This document shows positions 25,001 through 37,925 of a DNA stretch of 64,000 bases, piece after piece (the first letter of the stretch is position 1; the number at the start of each line of letters is the position of its first letter). Location of the stretch: contig OZ024758.1 in the NCBI GenBank assembly GCA_964016885.1, positions 15,252,001-15,316,000 of the forward strand, given 5' to 3'. This DNA comes from Eledone cirrhosa. Its lineage: Eukaryota. A program made the translations under genes and the position numbers. Under the pieces are notes generated by a model. That model made no database searches. It was not told the origin of the DNA and saw nothing but the letters and a program-made list of their open reading frames with translations.

Positions 25001-25477
25001 ATTGTATATAAAATGAACATGGAAAAAAATATTGGTTGACATTCTAAGATTTGGTTAAATACACTCTACAAATAATGGTTTCTGGTTTAAATATACAATT
25101 TGGGGGGAGGAGGAGAGTTGATTAACCCTTTAGCATTTAAACCAGCCATATCCAGCCAGAGTTCTCTCACCTCTTTCTGTTCGAACCGGCTGTAACCGGC
25201 CGCTCATACTGATGTTCAGGTATTGTTCTCAAAATAAATATCAAAATCTCATAGATTTGATATTATATGAGATAATTATGTGAGGCAAAGACTTTACTGT
25301 GAAAATACAATAGCATGTATGTATATGTATATGTGTGTATGTATATATATATGTGTGTGTGTGTATATGTATGTATATATATATGTGTATGTATATATAT
25401 GTGTGTGTGTGTGTATATGTATGTATATATGTATATGTGTGTGTATATGTATATATATATATGTGTATATGTATGTT

Positions 25478-26066
25478 GGTGCTACTGGTAACATGTATCC
25501 CAGTACAACCTGTCTCATGGTCAGGTCGTTGGCGACTAAACTGGCAACCCCACCAAGGTTTCTTGGTGAGGAGGGTGACTTTGGACATCCTGCAGGACTA
25601 AAAACGAAGCCTGTCAAAGGGCAAAGGAGCTCTTAAGAGTCAATGGCCATCCAAAATCACCGGGAGAGATGACCCCTTAGCCTTTGTCAAGGCAGAATTC
25701 TAGGAGAAGGAAAACTCTGATATAACACCTGCAACCCTGATGGTATCCAATGATGTTGAATTGTTCTTCTTTTTGGTAAATAACATCTTAAGAGAGTGGG
25801 ACTGGCTTTGTGCAGTGCCTTTGCTCACTATAAAAGCTTCACGGCACAGGCATTGCTTTATATCTGGAGATCTCTGCACTTGTCGTCACATGGTGCCATG
25901 GGCCCAGCACTATGTGACAATAATTGTCACAAGTGTAGTGTTTGTACCAGAGTTTTCAAGTCGCTGGCAGGACTAAAAAGTCACACTCGTTCAGCGCATC
26001 GGTAGGGGTTCTCCTACATGGATATAAAGTAGTGGCAGTACTCGAAAACGAGTTGGCAGCCACCAT
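25478..26066 (+). mobile_element. Internally deleted (bipartite) non-autonomous RTE element
   Basis: RTE 5'-UTR-like motifs gtcgttggcgactaa and ctaggagaaggaaaactctga, then C2H2-like end CSVCTRVFKSLAGLKSHTRSAH*; inserted in microsatellite. Confidence 0.65.
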
Positions 26067-26289
26067 GTATATATATATATGTAAATATGTGTTTATATAT
26101 ATATGTGTGTGCGTGTATATATATATATAAAACGAAGGAAGTGTGGTAAGGAACCAGATGGACTATAACACACCAGAGTATTCAATACTTAGGGTAGTAG
26201 CGTGGGTAATAGGAAAACATTTTCCTATACACGCTAGCGTGGAAGATGGACATTAAACGAAGATGAGGATGATGATATATATATATATA

Positions 26290-26696
26290 TCCTTATGCAT
26301 TTCTACAGTATTTTCACCAAACTTAAGACATAGGTTACTTATGTACTCCGGATGGTCATGGGCACTGTCATTTTTCCAGATAACCCCTTTAACCACTTTA
26401 ACCACTTCCTTGGAGTCGACTGAAGCAGTGCAATGCAACAAAACGTCATAACTTCTAGAGTTCGCAACCGATTTTCACAAAACTTGACACATGGGCTACG
26501 TTTGTCCTACAGATGAATGTGAACTCTCAGAATTGGCACATATTGGGTAGGGGACCCCTGGGGGGGAGGAACCCCCTTTTGGAAAAAGCCGATGATTTTG
26601 TAAAAGTATAGTTTTCGAAGCAGCACTGAAGTATTGACATAAATGGTATACACAACTGCTATTTAATATCCGAGCAACGCCGGGTACCTCTGCTAG
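26290..26696 (+). mobile_element. Non-autonomous Helitron-like element
   Basis: 3' end ccgagcaacgccggg hairpin ~8 nt before CTAG|T (26693-26696); internal ccgattttcacaaaactt motif. Confidence 0.7.
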
Positions 26697-27067
26697 TATA
26701 TATATATAACACTATATTGCTTTCTTATCTCTTATTTCCTCCTGGAAGTAGTAAAAGATAAATACAATTAACATTTCAGCAATAATCAGAAGATTCCTTC
26801 CTAGAAATAGTTGGAATCAGACCATACAATTCTTTACCTTGCTTTTGTTGAGTTTTCTTTGATTTCTCTTGATGAATGAACACTCAATCTCTGTGACAAT
26901 AGAAGCAGCATTTTAAGAGGATTTTAATGAAAAGCAAGCTTTTAATTTTTAACTATATAGATACATTCATGTATATATGTATATACATTCAGATATATAT
27001 ATACCCTTGCAAGCAGGGAAAAGCGGACGTAAAATGATGATGATATATATATATATATATATATATA

Positions 27068-27635
27068 TCATCATCATCATCATCATCACCGTTTTACGTC
27101 CGTTCTTCCACGCTAGCATGGGTTAGACGGGTTGTCCTGTTGTGGGCAGTGTCTGGTCGGCTGACCATGCCTTGCTCATACAGGAACTGATCTGGCTTGA
27201 TTTCTACAGCTGGATGCCCTTCCTAACACCAACCTCATTTACAGTGAGTGCTGGGTGCTTTTTCGTGGCGCCTACACGTCCACTTTACAGTGTGGGCTGG
27301 GTGCTTTTTTGCCGTGGCACCTCCACGACCACCTTGCGGTGGGGGGGGGGGGGGCATATTGTTTATATGCTTCAGCATGTACCCATGGGAGGTCGGGTAC
27401 CCTGTATTACTGCGTGACGCCAGAAGTCACGGTCGTGTGTCATTGACTTTGAGAGGTGTAGTTGGGTAAGGTCGGCTTTTATCACCTCATCCCAAGTCAT
27501 CTTGGGTCTCCCCACTCCGCGGTTTCCATCAACTTCTAGTGCTCTGCACCTTTTTATGCAGCTGTCATCCTTCATACGCATCACATGTCCATACCAGCGT
27601 AACCGCCTCTCCTGCACGCAGCATTTGATTCCTCT
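27068..27635 (-). mobile_element. 5'-truncated RTE LINE (subfamily 1), second copy
   Basis: Near-identical to 23196-23760; ORF 27372-27653. Confidence 0.9.
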
Positions 27636-27877
27636 ATATATATATATATACATACATATATATATATTCCTCAGTAATTATATCAATATCCAAACCTTGT
27701 TTAGTTTTTTTTCGTTTTTATCTCCACTGCTCAAGTATTTCTCAAGTGAATCTTTTAATTAGTATTTCTTTACAAAGAATATTCCAGATGCCACCTTTTC
27801 AAATTTTAAACAAACTATTTTCTTTTACCAATATCTCTCTCTCTCTCTCTATGTATCTATATGTATGTATATATATA

Positions 27878-28268
27878 AAACGAAACCTACAGTCAGTAGG
27901 CACCTCTTAACCAAAAATACACCCCCGTCCCACTACCCCCATCCCATCAACACCACCCCTTTCTCTGTAAAGCTATGTTGGTACCACAACATCCAGTCCT
28001 AAATAAATGAGGTCATGTAGGTGTCCCGACAAAAAAAACACACAGTCCACGCTGTAATGTGGCCGTGTAGGTAACACGGTAAAAACCTCCCAGTCCACAC
28101 TGTAAACGTGGTTGGTGTTAGGAAGGGCATCCAGCCGTAGAAAACCCGCCTGACAGTCCTATGCGAGCAAGACGACCAATCTTGCCTCAAATGGGACAAC
28201 TCTTGTCTAATCCATGCTAGCGTGGAAGATAGATGTTAAACGATGACAATGATGATGATGATGATGAT
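27878..28268 (+). mobile_element. RTE subfamily-2 3' UTR
   Basis: Inverted homolog of 13651-14020 ending in (GAT)n. Confidence 0.8.
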
Positions 28269-28307
28269 TACCTGTAAATTAACAGTAGTTTTTTTCTTTT
28301 ATTTCAG

Positions 28308-28367
28308 TCCAAATATGCACTGCTAGATGAAAGAGATATTTCATTAATGGCCCAATATGCAATTGAG
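28308..28367 (+). CDS. Candidate internal coding exon (60 bp, phase 0-0): SKYALLDERDISLMAQYAIE; gene not recognised
   Basis: ttaac branch-like site, acceptor tttttttcttttatttcag|, donor GAG|gtgagt; only frame 0 is open; non-repetitive sequence. Confidence 0.55.
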
Positions 28368-28624
28368 GTGAGTTGTCTTTCTTTTGATTCTTAATTAAGG
28401 TTCTGTGTGAAGGTGAGAATTTAGCAATGGATAAGATTTTTGTTTTTAATACATATATATATATATATATATATATAGGAACACATATGTATACATATAT
28501 ATTTATATACATTTGTCTACATGCGTATACATATATATACATATGTATGCAAATGTATATGTAAGTATAGTATACTTATATATATATATGTAGATGTGTG
28601 TGTGTGTGTATATATATATGTAGA

Positions 28625-28670
<46 letters not shown>

Positions 28671-28672
28671 CA

Positions 28673-28706
<34 letters not shown>

Positions 28707-29016
28707 TATATATATTTAGTTTCCTACAAACGTTATTTGCTGTCACTGTTCCTTTCAACAGAAATGTTTTACAAATATTCTTTCACACCAATAACTAATA
28801 TTTTTCTCTTAATCACCTCATCAATGAACCTTTTGATTGGTCTTAACTGATAATTAACTCTTTTGATACCAAACCACCTGAAACTGCCTATCATTCAGCT
28901 GTTTACTTGAAACTGTTTATATTTAACTAAAAAAAAATCAATCTTGCATCATAATTGTATGTAAGAACCTTTAAGTTATGTTCCAAATACCCAATAAATA
29001 ATGAGAAAGTTAAGCA

Positions 29017-29404
29017 TATGAGAGTTGGCTGAAAGTTTATAGGCTGACTAAAATACTCTCATGGAATGACCAAATGAGGTTTATTTTTCAATATAGTCCC
29101 TGGAGAGAAACAATAGTTATTGAGAAGGGTTCATACTCTGACTAAAATACTCTCATGGAATGACCAAATGAGGTTTATTTTTCAATATAGTCCCTGGAGA
29201 GAAACAATAGTTATTGAGAAGGGTTCATACTCTGACTAAAATACTCTCATGGAATGACCAAATGAGGTTTGTTTGTCAACATAGTCCCTGGAAAGAAACA
29301 ATGCAGTTATTAATAAGAAAAGTTGAAATTAATGCATGCAAGATTTCACAACTTTAGCATCACTCCTTCATTGTCGGGCTATGAACTTTTCAATCGACCC
29401 TCAA
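29017..29404. mobile_element. Tc1/mariner-type MITE nested in MITE-2 (~28855-29449), with a 94-bp internal triplication
   Basis: TIRs tatgagagttggctgaaagtttataggctgac / gtcgggctatgaacttttcaatcgaccctca; gactaaaatactctc at 29046, 29140, 29234; partial copy at ~60325-60496. Confidence 0.7.
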
Positions 29405-29594
29405 ATGTAACTAATTCCAAATTCATTATTTTCAAAATGAAAGGGTTAAATTCAAAAGGCCATGGAGAACTTTCTCTTTAATTTTAACTTGTACAGTAAC
29501 TTATATTTTTAACACAATGCTATATTTTTACTTATGTAAATGTGTGTGTGTCTTTATTATCACGTGTGTGTGTGTAGGGTCATGTACGCATGCA

Positions 29595-29775
29595 TGTATT
29601 ATACCAGGGGTGTGCAACATGGTCATGTACACATGCATTATGCCAGGGGTGTGCAACATGGTCATGTATGCATGCATTATACCAGGGGTGTGCAACATGG
29701 TCATGTATGCATGCATTATACCAGGGGTGTGCAACATGGTCATGTGTGCATGCATTATACCAGGGGTGTGCAACA
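29595..29775. repeat. 39-bp minisatellite x~4.5 containing a hAT-like terminus caggggtgtgcaac
   Basis: 13-aa periodicity (VCNMVMYACIIPG) in the ORF track. Confidence 0.85.
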
Positions 29776-29880
29776 TATTCCATTGGCAGGCCACTTTTGA
29801 ACATTGGAACAACTATTAGGGCCATTAATATTTATTAAGCACTATTCCAAAGATTCACCACAACTTCTTTCCATAACATG

Positions 29881-30815
29881 AAATTGGGAGATTATAACAC
29901 ACATAACCCTATTAGTGAAGCCCTTTAGTATAGGTCAACTGGGAAATTATAACACACATAACCCTATCAGTGGAGCCCTTTAGTATAAGACAACTGGGAA
30001 ATTATAACACACATAACCCTATCAGTGGAGCCCTTTAGTATAAGACAACTGGGAAATTATAACACACATAACCCTATCAGTGGAGCCCTTTAGTATAGGT
30101 CAACTGGGAAATTATAACACATAACCCTATCAGTGGAGCCCTTTAGTATAAGACAACTGGGAAATTATAACACACATAACCCTATCAGTGGAGCCCTTTA
30201 GTATAAGACAACTGGGAAATTATAACACACATAACCCTATCAGTGAAGCCCTTTAGTATAGGACAACTGGGAAATTATAACACACATAACCCTATCAGTG
30301 GAGCCCTTTAGTATAAGACAACTGGGAAATTATAACACACATAACCCTATCAGTGAAGCCCTTTAGTATAGGACAACTGGGAAATTATAACACATAACCC
30401 TATCAGTGGAGCCCTTTAGTATAAGACAACTGGGAAATTATAACACACATAACCCTATCAGTGGAGCCCTTTAGTATAGGTCAACTGGGAAATTATAACA
30501 CATAACCCTATCAGTGGAGCCCTTTAGTATAAGACAACTGGGAAATTATAACACACATAACCCTATCAGTGGAGCCCTTTAGTATAAGACAACTGGGAAA
30601 TTATAACACACATAACCCTATCAGTGGAGCCCTTTAGTATAGGACAACTGGGAAATTATAACACACATAACCCTATCAGTGGAGCCCTTTAGTATAGGTC
30701 AACTGGGAAATTATAACACACATAACCCTATCAGTGAAGCCCTTTAGTATAAGACAACTGGGAAATTATAACACACATAACCCTATCAGTGAAGCCCTTT
30801 AGTATAGGTCAACTA
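29881..30815. repeat. 55-bp minisatellite, ~17 copies
   Basis: caactgggaaattataacacacataaccctatcagtggagccctttagtataaga (29991, 30046...), with some 53-bp variants. Confidence 0.95.
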
Positions 30816-31534
30816 ACAGAAAATTGTGTTACGGTTATGAAAAATATTTTTAATAAGCCTACAAGGTAAAAATTAAAAACAGTCACCATGGGCCAGTCTG
30901 ACTGGTCTGGCGGGCCAGATTGTGGCCCGCGGGCTGCCTGTTACACGCCTCTGTGTCATGCCCGTAAGTATGGAATGTCCAATTTCCTTTCGCACTTTCA
31001 ATATAAAATCAGACATTTCATATTTAACGAGCTGATACATTGGTTTATTGGAAATAAAAAGAAAAGACAAGCTTCTTAAAGGTAACATGGAGACTTTTAG
31101 CAATGCAGCAATTGTGTCATTGCTAAACTTTTCAGAATACAAATAGCTGTTAGTATTCTATCAACTATCTCTCTAGATATTGTTACAGTGACATTAGATG
31201 TGTCACATCATCTGTACAGCTGATACTAATGAAACTTGATTTACCTGCTCTTCAGGCATCAGTTATTCGTTAGTATTAATCCATATTTTTCAGCCATAGA
31301 CTGGCTCTACTGTGTTTCACTGTAGCAATGCAACACTTTTATTGATGTTATATACACTAACACACACATATATATATATATATATATATTGTGTGTCATA
31401 AACCCATCAAGATATATATATGAATATATATACATATGTATGTATGTACACACATACATGTATATATGTCTAACCCATGCTAGTGTGGAGAAATGGACAT
31501 TAAACAGCGATGATGTTGATGATACACACACACA

Positions 31535-31589
<55 letters not shown>

Positions 31590-31639
31590 CTAATTGTGGT
31601 TTTTGTAATTGTGTGTAGAAATGTGTGTACACATTTGGT

Positions 31640-32275
31640 ACAGATGTATACACACTAACATGTAGTGTAGATGTGTACACACTAACATGTAGTGTAGATG
31701 TGTACACACTAACATGTAGTGTAGATGTGTACACACTAACATGTACTGTAGATGTGTACACACTTAACATGTACTGTAGAGGTGTACACACTTAACATGT
31801 ACTGTAGAGGTGTACACACTTAACATGTACTGTAGAGGTGTACACACTTAACATGTAGTGTAGATGTGTACACACTTAACATGTAGTGTAGATGTGTACA
31901 CACTTAACATGTACTGTAAATGTGTACACACTTAACATGTAATGTAAATGTGTACACACTTAACATGTAATGTAAATGTGTACACACTTAACATGTAATG
32001 TAAATGTGTACACACTTAACATGTAATGTAAATGTGTACACACTTAACATGTAATGTAAATGTGTACACACTTAACATGTAATGTAAATGTGTACACACT
32101 TAACATGTAATGTAAATGTGTACACACTTAACATGTAATGTAAATGTGTACACACTTAACATGTAATGTAAATGTGTACACACTTAACATGTAATGTAAA
32201 TGTGTACACACTTAACATGTAATGTAAATGTGTACACACTTAACATAAAGTGTAGATGTGTACACACTAACATCA
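31640..32275. repeat. 27/28-bp minisatellite, ~23 copies
   Basis: tgtaatgtaaatgtgtacacacttaaca; contains palindrome tgtgtacaca. Confidence 0.95.
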
Positions 32276-32529
32276 TTTATTCTCAAATAAATGTTTTCAT
32301 AACATGAATTGTTAAAGCAGGTAATTTTACAGCTGAGTTAGCTCTCTAATACTTGTTGACCTTGAAGCAGGAGGGAAGTGTCATTTATTTTCAGTTAGCT
32401 GAATTGAGATAAGTGAAATAATAATTGTCTTGCTTAAGGCCATACTCACATTAACTTCGACAACATTCTAATTCCATAACTTTAATAATTAGTATTCCTG
32501 CTTGTTATTGGTCTTAGACCAACCACTAA

Positions 32530-32960
32530 CTTGAGTTAGTGGTGAGGGTGTTGGACTTAAGATCATAATGTCGTGGGTTCGATTCCTGGACTGAATTGTT
32601 TGTTGTGTTCTTGAGCAAAACACTTCATATCGTGTTGCTCCAGTATACTCAGCTAAAAATAAGTACCAGTAATTGCTGGGGGTTTAACCCTTCAGCATTT
32701 AAACCGGCCATATCCAGCCAGAATTCTCTCACCTCATTCTTTTCAAACCGGCCATAACTGGCTGCTCATACTGATGTTAAGGTATTGTTCTCAAAATAAA
32801 TATCAAAATTTCATAGATTCGATATTATGTGAGATAATTATGTGAAGTAGTGTTTACCGTGAAAATACAATAGTAAATATAGAGTTATGTAAATGCTAAA
32901 GGGTTAACTAGTCATTTTACGCCATGAAACCAGGATAATCACTGGCTTAAGACAGACTAT
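32530..32960 (+). mobile_element. SINE-C (tRNA-headed) interrupted by full-length MITE-1 (32684-32907)
   Basis: B box gggttcgattcc, cttgagcaaaacactt core; MITE bounded by TTAA on both sides. Confidence 0.75.
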
Positions 32961-33089
32961 TTTGTTTTTCAATTGAGATAAGTGAAATAATAATTTTCTT
33001 GCTTAAGGCCATACACACATTAACTTCTGCAAAATTCTAATTCCATAACTTTAATAATTAATATTCCTGTTTATTATTGGTCTTAGACA

Positions 33090-33622
33090 GTTGATGTAAT
33101 CACCCCTTCCTTCCTCAGTTGACGTAACCACCCCTTCCTTCCTCAGTCGACGTAATCACCCCTTCCTTCCTCAGTTGACGTAATCACCCCTTCCTTCCTC
33201 AGTTGACGTAATCACCCCTTTCTTCCTCGGTCGACGTAGTCACCCCTTTCTTCCTCGGTCGACGTAGTCACCCCTTCCTTCCTCGGTCGACGTAATCACC
33301 CCTTCCTTCCTCGGTCGACGTAGTCACCCCTTCCTTCCTCGGTCGACGTAGTCACCCCTTCCTTCCTCGGTCGACGTAGTCACCCCTTCTTTCCTCAGTC
33401 GACGTAATCACCCCTTCCTTCCTCGGTCGACGTAGTCACCCCTTCCTTCCTCGGTCGACGTAGTCACCCCTTCCTTCCTCGGTCGACGTAGTCACCCCTT
33501 CTTTCCTCGGTCGACGTAGTCACCCCTTCTTTCCTCGGTCGACGTAGTCACCCCTTCTTTCCTCAGTCGACGTAATCACCCCTTCCTTCCTCAGTCGACG
33601 TAATCACCCCTTCCTTCCTCAG
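33090..33622. repeat. 28-bp CpG-rich minisatellite, ~19 copies
   Basis: gtcgacgtagtcaccccttccttcctcg (33314, 33342...). Confidence 0.95.
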
Positions 33623-33684
33623 TTATCTCTAGTGTGTGATGGACAAATACACACAGCTTTTATTATGTTACTGACTGTTAGTAA

Positions 33685-33905
33685 GGGCGGTGGATTGGCA
33701 GTATCGGTAGAGCGTCGGACACCATGCTTTGCAGCATAGAGTTACGGCCCTTTATGATCTGAGTTCAAATCCTGCCGAGGTTAACTTTGCCTTTCATCCT
33801 TACAGAGTCGATAAAATAAAGTACCAGTCACGCACCGGGGTCGATTTAATCGACTTTCCCCCCTCTCCTAAAATTGCTGACCTTGTGCCTGTATAAGAAA
33901 TCATT
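33685..33905 (+). mobile_element. Full-length SINE-A (long variant)
   Basis: gggcggtggattggcagtatcgg...gagttcaaatcc...gtcgatttaatcgac...(ATT)n. Confidence 0.9.
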
Positions 33906-34271
33906 ATTATTGTTGTTATAATTATCGTTATTATCATTACTGTTGTTGTTATATTGTTTGATATGTTAAAAGTCTGTTTACTGTAAAGCCAGCAATAACA
34001 TTATGAAAAATCAAAACCACATTGATGCTAAGCTGAATCCTAATTGTAGCTATTCAACTCTGCTGTTACTTCTAGCTCCTCTCCTCTGAAATATAACAAA
34101 TTATATTCTCTGATTCATTACCTTAATTGTTTGCTATTGTGTCCATCTTGCTGCTGTGTGCGAATTTATATTTAAATTGCTGTGATTCTGTCACAACACG
34201 TGAAGAGAGAGGAATAGTTTGACTACCTCATACTATTCCGAGATAAGCACCAGCCTAACGAACCTTCTGAC

Positions 34272-34990
34272 TTAACCCCTGAGTATTTTACATTACTCTA
34301 TATATATACTATTGTATTTTCATAGTAAAGGCTTTACTTCACATAATTATCTCACATAATATGGAATCTAGGAGATTTTGATATTTATTTTGAGAACAAT
34401 ACCTTAACATCAGTATGAGCAGCCGGTTTGAACAGAAAGAGGTGAGGGAATTCTGGTCAGATACAGTCAGTTTAAATACTAAAGGGTTAAGTTTGCTTTC
34501 ATTAACATCATTTTCAAATGGCCCCGTTAAATATTCAAATGGCTACCCTATGGGGCATGCACCCCACATTGGGAATCACTGCTTTAGACTTTTACCCTTT
34601 AGTATTTACATTACTCCATATATACTATTGTATTTTCATGGTAAAGGCTTTCCCTCACATAATATCGAATCTGAGAGTTTGATATTATGTTGAGAATAGG
34701 CAGTATCGGTAGAGGGTTGGACACCATTCTTTGACGCATAGTTACGGCCCTTGCCATTCTGAGTTCAAATCCCGCCGAGGTTAACTTTGTCATTCATCCT
34801 TACGGGGCCGATAAAATAAAGTATCAGTAATGCACTGGGTAATTGCTGGCCTTGTGCCAAAAATAGAAACGATTATCTATGTTGAGAACAATGCCTTAAT
34901 GTCAGTATGAGCAGCTGGTTACAGCTGGTTTGAACAGAAAGAGGTGAGAGAATTCTGGTTGGATACGACCAACCGGTTTAAACGGTTTTA
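34272..34990 (+). mobile_element. Two MITE-1 copies; the second carries SINE-A (~34697-34877); hAT-like right end between them
   Basis: TSD-like tatgttgagaa around the SINE; cacattgggaatcactgctttaga at ~34565-34588. Confidence 0.75.
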
Positions 34991-35479
34991 GTATTTAAGA
35001 CAGACTAGACTAGACTAGAGTAGACTAGACAAGACTTTAGACTGTAAAATAAACAGTTTTATTATTGTAGAAGTGGAGTGCTTTCAGACAATTTATTAGG
35101 AAAGGGGTTAATAACTTCTTTTTTTTCACTCATCCCAACAATTAAAACTGATTATCAGGCATTTTTTACATTGGCTCATATTATATTTGAACTTCACTGT
35201 TCAATATATAATAATACTAATATAGATCATCAATACTATCAGATTTGGAAGTATTTCAAAATTCTTTACAGAAATATATAATCTGAATTGCTTTTTTTCC
35301 CTTCCTGCCAAACTTTATAAATAATGTATTCTCTAATCTCATAAGAACTTCCTCATATTCTTCTATGTAAACTTTAAAGCCAACCAAAAGTTCTACCACA
35401 CGCTAAGCACCAGTAGCTTCAAAACATTTCTATACATATGTCTTCTTGTCCACCATTACCACTGTAACTGCTTTATTTG

Positions 35480-35513
35480 TATATATATATATGTATATAT
35501 ACACATATATAGA

Positions 35514-35593
<80 letters not shown>

Positions 35594-35636
35594 TCTATAT
35601 ATATACATACACACAGATATATACATACACACACAC

Positions 35637-35670
<34 letters not shown>

Positions 35671-35780
35671 ATAAATATATATACACACACACATATACAC
35701 AGACACATATACACACACACATATACATACACACACATATACATACACACACATGTATATACACACACATATATATACAT

Positions 35781-35843
<63 letters not shown>

Positions 35844-36028
35844 CACAGATATATACATACACACATATATACATATATATATACACACACACATATACAC
35901 ACACACACACACACATATACATACACACACATGTATATACGCACACATATATATATACATACATATATATATACATACACACACATATATACATATACGT
36001 ACAATTATATATATACACATATATGCAC

Positions 36029-36089
<61 letters not shown>

Positions 36090-36100
36090 TACATATATAT
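35480..36100. repeat. (TA)n/(CA)n compound microsatellite
   Basis: Direct inspection. Confidence 0.95.
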
Positions 36101-36694
36101 TCTTCTACTCTCAGTCCACTAATTATGTCTGTATTTATTCAGTTCTTATAGCTAGCGTCCAAAATTTTTCTCAAAAGTTTATTCCCAGTATATTCTTTGA
36201 CAATATGCTGTCACCGTTTACATTTAAAAAATATATATATATATATATATATGAAGATTGACAGAGTTTTATCCATTTCTGTCACGGTTCACATCACTTT
36301 CCTTTTCGGAAACGTCTCAAGTGGAGAGATAACAAATTGATTTTTCTGCTTGTAGGAAAACTAGTTGGTTAATATTTCTGAAGTTTTAATTTTGGAAACA
36401 TCTGAAAGTTTCTCTTATTATTGGCTACAATCCAAAGATATGGGTGGAACCAAGCAGAGTTGTTGTCACTCATTTTATCGATCTTGTAAAGATGCTAAAT
36501 TAAGGTTGACACTGTTTTGAACTTGAAACCATGGTACACTAAACTCTAGCATTGTATAGTATCTATCCAGTCTGATAATGCTCGTTCTTTTGTGACTAAT
36601 AGTTTAACCCTCCTTTCAATATCAGAGTTCTAATGAAAGACATTGCCTATGTTTCAAATAGTTCCAAATATAATCAAGAGTTGTACGTGAATTT

Positions 36695-37180
36695 AGTAAC
36701 AGCTACTGTAACAAAGTATTGTAACAGCTACTGTAATGCAAAGTACTGTAACAGCTTCTCTCAAAGTACTGTAACAGCTAGTGTAACAAAGTATTGTAAC
36801 AAAGTACTGTAACAGCTTCTGTCAAAAAGTACTGTCTCAGCTTCTGTCACAAAGTACTGTCTCAGCTTCTGTCACAAAGTACTGTAACAGCTTCTGTCAC
36901 AAAGTACTGTAACAGCTACTGGAACAATATGCTGTAACAGCTACTATAAAAGCTACTGTAACAATATATACACAGTACTGTAACAGCCTCTAACAAAGTA
37001 CTGTAACAGCTTCTTTAACACAGTACTGTATCAAAGTACTGTAACAGCCTCTAACAAAGTACTGTAACAGCTTCTTTAACACAGTACTGTATCAAAGTAC
37101 TGTAACAAAGTACTGTAACAGCCTCTCACAAAGTACTGTAACACAGCTTCTGTAACAGTACTGTAACAACTACTGCAAGA
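36695..37180. repeat. Irregular aaagtactgtaacagct-type minisatellite
   Basis: Recurrent agtactgtaaca units. Confidence 0.85.
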
Positions 37181-37911
37181 CATTTTATCTGAAGCTCTGT
37201 CAATTCCACTTACCTTCTACCACGAACTAAGCTAATGTTTCAGATATAACTTTATGATGGGAGGTTTTTAGATAAATTTAAACACGTTTGAAAGAAGCAG
37301 TTTTATGATAGAACCAGGACCAGGTTTTTTTTTTTTTGGGGGGGGGGGGTTCTGACGTAAAGGTTAGACCATTAAAATGTCTCCTGAATGTAAGGTGTAA
37401 CCTTACACGTTCCAACTGCTAACCCATGACAGGGTGAAGTCTAGAAATGGAACAAAATAATATAAAAACTAGTGGTGGTGGTGGTGGTGGTGGTGGTGGC
37501 ATCTTTACACCCAACCTTCTCTTTGACAACTGTTTGATGGTGGTGATGATGATGATGGTGATGACATCTTTACACCCAACTTTCTCTTTGACAACTGTTT
37601 GATGGTGGTGATGATGATGATGGTGATGACATCTTTACACCCAACCTTCTCTTTGACAACTGGTTTGATGGAGTGGTGATTGTGGTGGTGGTGGTGGTGG
37701 TGATTTCTTTACATCCAACCTCCTGTTGACAACTGTATGATGGTGATGGTGATGGTAATGGTGATGATGACAATAGTGATGCTGGTGACGACATCTTTAC
37801 ACCCAACCTTCTTTCACAACTCTGTTCAGATCAAGTCACCGCTGACATTTTCATTTGCCTCTTGACATCTTTTTGGGTTTTTTTTGTTTTTTTTGTTTTT
37901 TTTATTGCAGT

Positions 37912-37925
37912 GTTGCCATAGCAAC
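37912..37925. promoter_or_regulatory. Consensus RFX X-box GTTGCCATAGCAAC
   Basis: Exact match to GTTGCCATRGCAAC in non-TE sequence; extends to agtgttgc-cata-gcaacact. Confidence 0.4.

Noticed and set aside
25796-26005. C2H2 zinc-finger ORF as a host zinc-finger gene
   Set aside because: Single finger at the end of an RTE-like element, flanked by RTE UTR motifs and microsatellite; no splice signals or linker
29881-30815. Regular arrays (55, 28, 97, 123 bp) as CRISPR-like loci
   Set aside because: Units are contiguous with no unique spacers, no cas genes, and the context is eukaryotic
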